From contig JAYFMW010000006.1 of the NCBI GenBank assembly GCA_042408215.1, forward strand, positions 128,001 through 192,000: a DNA stretch of 64,000 bases, read 5' to 3'. The stretch comes from Microcoleus sp. (GTDB lineage: Bacteria > Cyanobacteriota > Cyanobacteriia > Cyanobacteriales > Microcoleaceae). The position numbers and the translations under genes were made by a program. Positions 1 to 7,580 of this stretch are shown here, one piece after another; within the stretch, counting starts at the first letter, position 1; every line of letters starts with the position of its first letter. The notes under the pieces were generated by a model. The model saw only the letters and a program-made list of their open reading frames with translations, did no database searches and was not told the DNA's origin.

Positions 1-1098
1 GGTGAAGGTTTTCGAGCTTCTCGGTTACGATCGCACTTATTGACGCCCACAGTGCGATCGCAAGTTAAGCGTTTTGAAGATTACGAGGAAATGCTGACTC
101 CTCTGATGGCCTTTGTGAGCGATCGCGGCCGCCTTCCCGTCAAAGGCGAATTAGCCGAAGAATCGGCGATTAAGGGGGAATTTCACAGTTTTAATCGCGC
201 TTGGAGGGTGATTTTGCAAGCTACCGATGCGGATGATTGGGAGACGATCGCCGATAAACGCCGCCAGGATTTGCTGGTATATCTCGCTCTCAACGGTTTG
301 GAGGACGATTCCCTACGGGATAGCTACGCTTCACGACCTTCGATGCGCCGACTCCCAGCTCAAATCCGCAACGACATTAAAGGTTTATTTGATAATTATC
401 AAAAAGCTTGCACTTTGGCGGATTTAATGCTATATAGTTTGGGCAAAACTCATATTGTGGCTGACTGTTGCGAAGATAGTGCGATCGGCTACAAACAGCA
501 CGGTTCTCTTTCAGTTCACGTCTCTGCGTTAGAAGAACTAGACCCTTTGCTGCGACTCTATGAAGGCTGTGCAAACCGCACAATTGGTAGACTTGACGGC
601 GCTACAATTATCAAATTTCACGCTCACAAACCTCAGATTTCCTATTTATTTTATCCTGATTTTGATCCTAATCCCCATCCAGTATTGCACACTTCCATGC
701 ACATAGATTTGCGCGACCTTTCGGTAAAATATCAGAAATTTTATAATTTATCTAACCCGCCTATTTTAGTGAGAAAAGAAGCTTTTGTCACCCCTAACTA
801 TCCCCATTACGAAAAGTTCGCTAAACTCACTCGCCAAGAAAACAAATTGGGAATTCTTGATAGTTGCGTAGTTAAGAAGCATCAGGAATGGGTGAAGTGC
901 TTGGAGGAAAATTGTGTCAGAATTAAGGGTCATCGCTTGTTTTGGCGATCGGATGCTGACCCGGAAAAATTGAAAATACTGCAAAAAGCTGCGTCGGAAC
1001 GTCACTCGCCAAAAATTGAGGTTAATGGGGGAAAGATTGAAGGAACCGCAGAGGCCGCAGAGGGCACAGAGGATGGAAAAGAAGAGGGAGGGGAATAG
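1..1098 (+). CDS. DNA phosphorothioation-associated putative methyltransferase, C-terminal part (5'-truncated by window)
   Basis: Frame is open from base 1. Motifs RRQDLLVYLAL, LRLYEGCA, ISYLFYPDFD..PHP.L and NPPILxRKE.FV resemble the C-terminal repeat region of this family. Confidence 0.75.
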   Translation, partial: GEGFRASRLRSHLLTPTVRSQVKRFEDYEEMLTPLMAFVSDRGRLPVKGELAEESAIKGEFHSFNRAWRVILQATDADDWETIADKRRQDLLVYLALNGLEDDSLRDSYASRPSMRRLPAQIRNDIKGLFDNYQKACTLADLMLYSLGKTHIVADCCEDSAIGYKQHGSLSVHVSALEELDPLLRLYEGCANRTIGRLDGATIIKFHAHKPQISYLFYPDFDPNPHPVLHTSMHIDLRDLSVKYQKFYNLSNPPILVRKEAFVTPNYPHYEKFAKLTRQENKLGILDSCVVKKHQEWVKCLEENCVRIKGHRLFWRSDADPEKLKILQKAASERHSPKIEVNGGKIEGTAEAAEGTEDGKEEGGE

Positions 1099-1100
1099 TC

Positions 1101-1220
1101 ATGGAAACGGAGTATGATTTGAGTCAGGGTAAGCGAGGGGCGATCGATCCGACATTACCTGGGAAAACTCGTATTACAATAGAAGCAGTTAGTGGAAAGA
1201 GTGTCTTGAATGGAATTTGA
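1101..1220 (+). pseudogene. N-terminal remnant of a BrnA-type antitoxin
   Basis: Translates METEYDLSQGKRGAIDPTLPGKTRITI, then loses similarity. A second decayed copy with an internal stop starts at ~1762. Confidence 0.55.
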
Positions 1221-1485
1221 GTGGAATCCCGAAAAAGCAGCACTTAACCTTCAGAAACATGGTGTTTTGTTTACAGAGGCTGCAACGGTGTTTAATGATC
1301 CATTGTCTACAACCTTTCCCGATCCCGATCATTCTCTCGGCGAGAGCCGCTACGTTATCATAGGTCTATCTCGATTTGGACAATTGTTGGTGGTTTCACA
1401 CACAGATCGAGGAGAAAAGATCCGGATTATCAGTGTTCGGAAAGCCACTCGCCAGGAACAGAGGTTTTATGAAGAGGGAATTTGA
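1210..1485 (+). CDS. brnT: BrnT family toxin
   Basis: MEFEWNPEKAALNLQKHGV.F.EA...F.D, ESRY..IG, IRIISVRKAT. Confidence 0.9.
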   Translation: MEFEWNPEKAALNLQKHGVLFTEAATVFNDPLSTTFPDPDHSLGESRYVIIGLSRFGQLLVVSHTDRGEKIRIISVRKATRQEQRFYEEGI

Positions 1486-1759
1486 GAACGAAATGGAAGA
1501 TGAGCTACGTTCAGAGTATGACTTCTCCAAGCTACAGGGAGGAGTGCGGGGGAAATATATTGAGCGATACCGTTCTGGTACAAACCTCGTACTTTTAGAT
1601 CCTGATGTTGCTCAGGCTTTTCCAAATGATGAAGCCGTCAATGAAGCATTAAGGTTATTGCTTAAAATTGCTCAGCGACAGCAGCCTAACAACCCTCCGG
1701 CGGGTGAGCTTGGTCGTTACGCCGTCTACGTTACAGGTGATAGCGAGGGAGAGGAATAG
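1469..1759 (+). CDS. Antitoxin (BrnA-like), coupled to upstream toxin
   Basis: ATG overlaps the toxin 3' end. DELRSEYDFS..GGVRGKY and VLLDPDVAQAFPNDEAVNEALR are typical. The C-terminus reads through an attC-like remnant. Confidence 0.8.
   Translation: MKREFENEMEDELRSEYDFSKLQGGVRGKYIERYRSGTNLVLLDPDVAQAFPNDEAVNEALRLLLKIAQRQQPNNPPAGELGRYAVYVTGDSEGEE
1684..1722 (+). other. Shortened attC-like site
   Basis: GCCTAAC ... GGCGGGTGAGCTTGGTC-GTTACGC; the right half resembles the sites at 3135 and 4349. Confidence 0.45.
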
Positions 1760-1881
1760 TCATGGAAATAGACTAGGATTTTAGTCAAGGTAAGCGAAGG
1801 GCGATCGAATTTTAATTCTGCTTGGTGGTCAAATCTTGGTACTTTTGCTCTAAACTTGGCTCATGTGCTAGATTTAAGTTC

Positions 1882-2169
1882 ATGAAGTTTGAGTGGGACG
1901 AGCGTAAAAACCAAAGCAACCTTGCAAAGCATGGGTTTGACTTCGCTGATGCTTTTCGTATCTTCAACCTACCGATGGTTGTCGAATTAGATGAGCGGGA
2001 TGATTATGGTGAAGATCGATGTATCGCTATTGGTTTACTTGATGGACGAGTTGTAGTTGTTGTCTACACGGAGCCTGATGAGGAAACAGTTCGCATTATC
2101 TCATTACGAAAGTCACTGTCTTATGAACGCAAACGCTATGAACAATACCTCAAAAACCGACTGGGCTAG
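1882..2169 (+). CDS. brnT: BrnT family toxin
   Basis: MKFEWDERKNQSNLAKHGFDFADA, DYGEDR, VRIISLRK. Confidence 0.9.
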   Translation: MKFEWDERKNQSNLAKHGFDFADAFRIFNLPMVVELDERDDYGEDRCIAIGLLDGRVVVVVYTEPDEETVRIISLRKSLSYERKRYEQYLKNRLG

Positions 2170-2416
2170 AATCGACGCAATGAGCGATGAAGATATCGAT
2201 ACTTCCGATATTCCACCACTATCGGAGGAGTTCTTTACTAGAGCGCAATTACGAATGCCTCAGTCAGCTATTACTATGCCAGTTCAAGTCGATCCTGAAA
2301 CATTTGCTTGGTTTCAGGCACAAGGAGAAAGTGCCCAACAGCAAATGTCTGTAGCACTTAGAATTTATGCAGATGCACACAAAACCTATCCTGCATTCGT
2401 AGCAAAGCCAGCATAA
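2138..2416 (+). CDS. brnA: BrnA family antitoxin
   Basis: SKTDWARIDAMSDEDIDTSDIPPL..EFF and VDPETFAWF; overlaps the toxin. Confidence 0.85.
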   Translation: MNNTSKTDWARIDAMSDEDIDTSDIPPLSEEFFTRAQLRMPQSAITMPVQVDPETFAWFQAQGESAQQQMSVALRIYADAHKTYPAFVAKPA

Positions 2417-2538
2417 CGCTCGGCAGGCTAACATTAAAGCCCCAACAAGCAGAACAGGCTGTGGCAGTAGTTTGAAAACGATCGTTTTTTGTCATAACGT
2501 ATTGACATTGTAAATACATTTTACCTATACTAGGGAGT

Positions 2539-2835
2539 ATGAATGTATACTTCGTGCTCAATGGCATTACCTTTGTCTGGGACGAGGGAAAAGCGCGGAT
2601 TAATCCCACAAATCATGACGGGGTTACTTTTCAACAAGCTGCTGAATCCTTCTTTGACCCATTTCTAGTAGTCGTTGATGCCAGCCGGAATCAGGAAGCG
2701 CGTGATGCTGTGATTGGGCTAGATAGTCGGTGGAATCTACTGTATGTGGTTCATATTGAGCGTGAAGAGAATGTCATTCGGATTATTTCAGCACGTAAAG
2801 CAACTCGTCAGGAGAGGGCAGAGTATGAAAATTGA
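2539..2835 (+). CDS. brnT: BrnT family toxin
   Basis: FVWDEGKARIN..NHDGVTFQQA, IRIISARKATRQER. Confidence 0.88.
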   Translation: MNVYFVLNGITFVWDEGKARINPTNHDGVTFQQAAESFFDPFLVVVDASRNQEARDAVIGLDSRWNLLYVVHIEREENVIRIISARKATRQERAEYEN

Positions 2836-3118
2836 AGCATTAAAGCAGCGATTAGACCGAAACCGTCCAATGACTAGCGTAACGATCCGTATGCCCGAAG
2901 ATGTTGTGGAAGACCTAAAAAAAGTTGCACCATTGTTGGGTTTTTCGGGTTATCAGCCATTAATTCGTGCTTATATCGGTCAAGGTTTGCGGGTTGATTT
3001 AGAACGATTTGAGAGCGATACAGTGACAGCCTTAGTAGCAAGTTTGAAGCGTCGAGGTATCAGCGATGCAGTGATTAATGAGGCATTAAACGAAGTCGTT
3101 CATGCTAAATCCTGTTAA
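2825..3118 (+). CDS. RHH/CopG-like antitoxin
   Basis: RPMTSVTIRMPEDVVEDLK..A...G..GYQPLIRAYI; overlaps the toxin stop. Confidence 0.8.
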   Translation: MKIEALKQRLDRNRPMTSVTIRMPEDVVEDLKKVAPLLGFSGYQPLIRAYIGQGLRVDLERFESDTVTALVASLKRRGISDAVINEALNEVVHAKSC

Positions 3119-3134
3119 TTGTGTCTAGCCAGCA

Positions 3135-3219
3135 GTACAACACCGATGCACCCGACCGCCGAGAGTTGATCGGTTATGATGCAAAGGCTATCTGTGGCCG
3201 GTGATGGGCAACGTTATAC
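3135..3219 (+). other. attC-like recombination site
   Basis: GTACAAC..ATGCACCCGACC...GGTGATGGGCAAC-GTTATAC. Imperfect palindrome, homologous to 4349-4437. Confidence 0.6.
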
Positions 3220-3235
3220 CGAAGGAGGTACGATC

Positions 3236-4354
3236 ATTAACCGAAGATCGTTTATTCAATTTACTGCTACTTGTGCAGGTTCTATTTTAATGAGCAACCT
3301 TGTTGGGAGTTGTAGCACCTCTAAAAGTATGGAGGCAACTATAGCCAATCCGATTTGGCTAATGCCTGATGAATCCGATCCCCATAAACGCACCTGGATG
3401 TCATTTGGCGCTAGCCGTAAAATTTGGGGGCAAAAGTTACTTCCAGGAGTGCAAGATAATTTAGCGACAATTGCTAAAGCGATCGCGAAATTTGAACCTG
3501 TTTATATGCTGGTTCGCCAAGCAGACTATGATATCGCTGCGCGTAAATGTGGCTCATCTGTAAACTTGGTAGTCTCCCCTTTAGACGATCTGTGGATGCG
3601 CGATATTGGCCCTGTTTTCATCAAAGATGATCGCGGAAATCTTGGGGGCATCGATTTTAATTTCAATGGCTGGGGTGAGAAGCAAGATTATAACGACGAT
3701 GCCCAAGTAGCCAATTTTGTCATTCAGCAGTCCAAGGTGCAGGCAATCCAAACCAAACTTGTACTAGAAGGTGGTGGGATTGAAGTAGATGGACATGGAA
3801 CAGCAATCATTACTGAAAGCTGTGTTCTGAATCAGAATCGCAATCCAGGCATGAGTAAGTCTGAGTGTGAAGCTCTGCTCAAGCCACTCCTGGGCTTACG
3901 CAAGATCATTTGGCTCCCCGGCATTCGTGGAAAAGATATTACGGATGGTCATACTGACTTCTATGCACGGTTCGCCAGCTCGGGCTTCGTGGTTGCCGGA
4001 TCTGATCCTGATCCAGCATCATTTGATCATCTAGTTACTCAAAACCATTTGGAAATCCTGCGCTCTGCCACTGATGCTGACGGGCGTAAACTAGAGGTAA
4101 TTGTGCTTGAAGGACCCAAAACCATTCGGCCCCAATTTGAGACTCAGGAATTTGCCGCAGGCTATATCAACTTTTACATTGTCAATGGAGCTGTGATGGT
4201 GCCAGAGTTTGGCGATGCGATGGCAGATAGCAAAGCAAAATCTACATTGCAAGAACTATTTCCCGATCGCGACATCGTGCAACTTAACATTGATGCGATC
4301 GCCGCTGGGGGTGGTGGCATACACTGCACTACACAACAGGAACCTCTTGCCTAA
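3236..4354 (+). CDS. Agmatine deiminase family protein with Tat-like signal
   Basis: DLWMRD.GP, LEGGGIEVDG.GT, TDGHTD, GGGGIHCTTQQ. N-terminal NRRSF. RBS AGGAGG lies 7 nt before an ATT codon at 3236. Confidence 0.9.
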   Translation: MNRRSFIQFTATCAGSILMSNLVGSCSTSKSMEATIANPIWLMPDESDPHKRTWMSFGASRKIWGQKLLPGVQDNLATIAKAIAKFEPVYMLVRQADYDIAARKCGSSVNLVVSPLDDLWMRDIGPVFIKDDRGNLGGIDFNFNGWGEKQDYNDDAQVANFVIQQSKVQAIQTKLVLEGGGIEVDGHGTAIITESCVLNQNRNPGMSKSECEALLKPLLGLRKIIWLPGIRGKDITDGHTDFYARFASSGFVVAGSDPDPASFDHLVTQNHLEILRSATDADGRKLEVIVLEGPKTIRPQFETQEFAAGYINFYIVNGAVMVPEFGDAMADSKAKSTLQELFPDRDIVQLNIDAIAAGGGGIHCTTQQEPLA

Positions 4355-4437
4355 CAACGCCCATGCACACCGACCGACAAAAAACGATCGGTTATGATGC
4401 AGGAGTGACTCCCGGCGGGTGATGGGCAACGTTGGCT
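4349..4437 (+). other. attC-like recombination site
   Basis: GCCTAAC (contains the gene's TAA stop) ..ATGCACACCGACC...GGCGGGTGATGGGCAAC-GTTGGCT. Confidence 0.65.
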
Positions 4438-4672
4438 TGGTCTTTAGAAGACAGAACGTTGATGCGATCGCAGGGTAAGAGCGCGAGGTTTGCCGCTGGT
4501 GACACTGGAGCCGATCGATCGTAGTTTCCTGGGGCGCTATGGTGGGCGATCGCATCATTGGTTGTTAGGGGGCAGGGGCGATCGCCTTTCTCCGAATGGC
4601 TCGGTCTGGGGCGATCGCACTGACATCATCTAAATTATTATTCTGATGCAACCGGAAACGATATAAGTCCTG

Positions 4673-5846
4673 TTAAGCAAACTTAATCTTCAAATAATCA
4701 TCCTCCATCTTCGCACCCGGAAGGTTGTAGCGCCGCTAAAGCTTGCGGCAAAACCATATTGCGGCGGTGATTCCCAATCCGAACATTCAACTCATCTCCT
4801 GTTTTGCTCAACTGAATCTGATCCTTAGCAATTCCCGGCAAGTACAGTTCTAGAACATATTGATTATTGTCCTGAACAATCCTAATCGTATTTTCTTTGT
4901 AATATATTTGACTAGGATCTTCGTCTTTGTAAAGCGTTTCTTTCAAGCGCTCCAAAGCTGGCAAACCGCACATTTCTTCGGAATAAAGCGGCACTTCTTT
5001 CACGGGCAATGGTCGGAAATTCTCGTGAATTTCCTGACGATACTGCTCCTGGCTTTCTTTCCACCGTTTGAAAAATGGGTCAGTTACTTCTTCGGGAATA
5101 ATGCGATTTGCTACTATTAAATCTGTGGCTACATTGTACAAACTCAAATAGGCATGAGCGCGCAGAGACTCTTTAATTACCATTTTTTCAGGATTAGTAA
5201 CTAACCTTACCGAAGTGACAGTATTGTCAGTTAAAATCTTTTCCAAAGCCTCAATTTGTTCGTAAAATTCATAAGGTGCATCCATCACCTCTTTGTCTGG
5301 CAAAGAAAAACCCGCAATTGGTCTAAAAATAGGTTCCACTAAAGGTCTCAGGGCGGCGGATATGCCTTGCAGCGGCTTGTAAAATTTTCTCATGTACCAG
5401 CCGCCAACTTCCGGCAAACTTAGCAGTCTCAATGCTGTTCCAGTGGGAGCTGAATCGATAATTAAAACATCAAATTCGCCTTCGTCGTAATGCCGCTTCA
5501 TTCGCACTAAACCGAAGATTTCATCCATTCCTGGAAGTATGGCCAATTCTTCAGCTTGAACGCCTTCGAGTCCCTGGGCGCGCAAGACTTGAGTAATGTA
5601 GCGCTTAACTGCTCCCCAATTGCCTTCTAATTCCCTGAGAGCGTCTAATTCTGCTCCCCACAAATTCGGTTTCACCAGTCGGGAATCGTGTCCGAGTTCC
5701 ATGTCGAAGCTGTCGGCTAGGGAGTGGGCGGGATCGGTGCTTAGCACTAGGGTTTTGTATCCCAATTCGGCACATCGCAGCCCTGTGGCGGCGGCTACGG
5801 ATGTTTTACCGACGCCGCCTTTTCCGGTCATTAATATTAAGCGCAT
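4673..5846 (-). CDS. ArsA/GET3 family ATPase with C-terminal HSP20-like domain (apparent +1 frameshift near 4717)
   Basis: [22 protein letters not shown]. Removing one G in TCCGGGTG restores the terminus [17 protein letters not shown]. Confidence 0.9.
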
Positions 5847-6313
5847 TGATTGTTTAGCTCGCCTGAAAGTTCTTTACTTATATATTGTAACGTTATGTAA
5901 CAGAGATTAATTTAGTGGCGGATTTAATTTGGGCGACAACTAGCCGCACAGAGGCAGAAACCGGGTTTTTTACCAAAATACTGCATCGCAGCCTTTAAAT
6001 AAAATGAAAAACCCGGTTTCTTTGGTATCTATGCGTCCAGGGCTAATACAGGACATTTCCACTGATGCACTAAATCTGTGCGATGTCAATAGAGAGTTGA
6101 GTTTAAAGGGCGATCGCACTTAATTTGTAGGTGTTCAAAAAGGGCGATCGCACTTAATGCTTGTTCAATAAAAGGCGAACCAGACAGACACCGGGTTTTT
6201 CAGAAATATCTGGTTTGGAGCTAAAGCAGCGATCGCAACGCATTTAGTCCTTGACAAAAATATCCTTTTCAGTTACGATAAAACTTAATACTAAATATTT
6301 TAATTTATGCCTG

Positions 6314-6736
6314 ATGAAACAAACAAATTTGCATGAATTAAATGAGCAAGTTTTGTTAGAGGAAACTCAGCCTCTAGCAATAGAGTATAATGGGCGATTA
6401 GTTGGCTATTTTTATCCAGTGAGTGCAATGCCAAGTGCGATGGAGGAAATCGATCGCACTTTTACAAATTTAGTACAACAATGGCGCAATGAAACAATAG
6501 GTATTTCCTCTACTACGGATTTAGTGATGCACCCTGCTTACCAACAAATTATTAGGATGGGTTCAGTAGTAATTCCTCTGTTATTAAGGGAAGTGGAAAG
6601 AAAGTCGGGGCGTTGGTTTCATGCTCTGTGTGAAATTACTGGAGAAGATCCAGTACCTTTAGAAAAACGGGGTAAAACTAAAGAGATGACTCAGTTATGG
6701 TTAGAGTGGGGGAAAGCCAAAGGTTACAAATGGTAG
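6314..6736 (+). CDS. Hypothetical protein: Phd/YefM-like N-terminus plus helical HPAYQQII domain; putative antitoxin
   Basis: PLAIEYNGRLVGYFYP resembles the Phd beta-hairpin; HPAYQQIIRMG..VIPLLLRE...WF.AL..ITGEDPV. Confidence 0.6.
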   Translation: MKQTNLHELNEQVLLEETQPLAIEYNGRLVGYFYPVSAMPSAMEEIDRTFTNLVQQWRNETIGISSTTDLVMHPAYQQIIRMGSVVIPLLLREVERKSGRWFHALCEITGEDPVPLEKRGKTKEMTQLWLEWGKAKGYKW

Positions 6737-7203
6737 AAAATAATGCTTGGATGCAAAATATTAAAGAATGGATTGAACAAAATCATCCTAATTTAGTGAC
6801 AACGGGATATAAAATTACCAGTTCAGACACAACTGATTATAATTGTATTGCTTGGGCTGCTGGAAATACAGAAGAATGGTGGTGGCCAGATGCCAAAGGT
6901 GGAGACTATTGGCCGCCTAATATACCGCGAGAGGAATCTCTGACTGCTTTTATGATGGCTTATCAAACTTTAGGGTATGAAGTCTGTGAAAATGCTTTGC
7001 TGGAAGCTGGTTTTGAAAAGATAGCGATTTATGTTTTAGATGGAAAACCTCAACACGCCTCCCGACAACTTCCTAATGGGAAGTGGACTAGCAAATTAGG
7101 TCAGTATGAGGATATAGAACATAATTATTTAGAGGGTTTAGAAGGTAGTATATATGGTGAAGTTGCTTGTGTGATGAAAAGGCGTTTGATTGAGGGGGAG
7201 TAA
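6730..7203 (+). CDS. DUF7689-like protein, probable Cys/His papain-like fold
   Basis: YNCIAWA, WWWP, QHASRQ, GKWTSKLG; start overlaps the upstream stop. Confidence 0.65.
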   Translation: MVENNAWMQNIKEWIEQNHPNLVTTGYKITSSDTTDYNCIAWAAGNTEEWWWPDAKGGDYWPPNIPREESLTAFMMAYQTLGYEVCENALLEAGFEKIAIYVLDGKPQHASRQLPNGKWTSKLGQYEDIEHNYLEGLEGSIYGEVACVMKRRLIEGE

Positions 7204-7245
7204 TAAACTCATCAAAAGCGCGATCGCATCTCAGCCTGAGACTTG

Positions 7246-7580
7246 AGAAACCGGGTTTCTGTGATATCTCTGATTTTCACCAAGAATCTCTCATCAGAAA
7301 CCCGGTTTCTTTGGCCCTGCGTAAGTCCTAATTTATTTAGACTTGGGATGATCTTGACACACTTTTAACTTTTGTTTTTCCTCTGGACGAGTAACGAAAT
7401 AATCTTCGCCCCAACAGTCAGAAACCGGGTTTCTCATAGATATCTAGTTTTAGCCAACAATCTCTAAGCAGAAACCCGGTTTCTTTCGTCCTGCGTAAGT
7501 CCTAATTTATTTAGACTTGGAATGATCTTGACACACTTTTAACTTTTGTTTTTCCTCTGGACGAGTAACGAAATAATCTT
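7246..7580. repeat. Tandem duplication of an AGAAACCGGGTTT palindrome plus the last ~25 codons of the CHAT-STAND gene
   Basis: 7318-7404 is nearly identical to 7494-7580, and each copy is preceded by the same palindromic element. Confidence 0.85.

Noticed and set aside
7318..7580. Diversity-generating retroelement template/variable repeat pair
   Set aside because: The copies differ at only one coding position and no reverse transcriptase is present in the window
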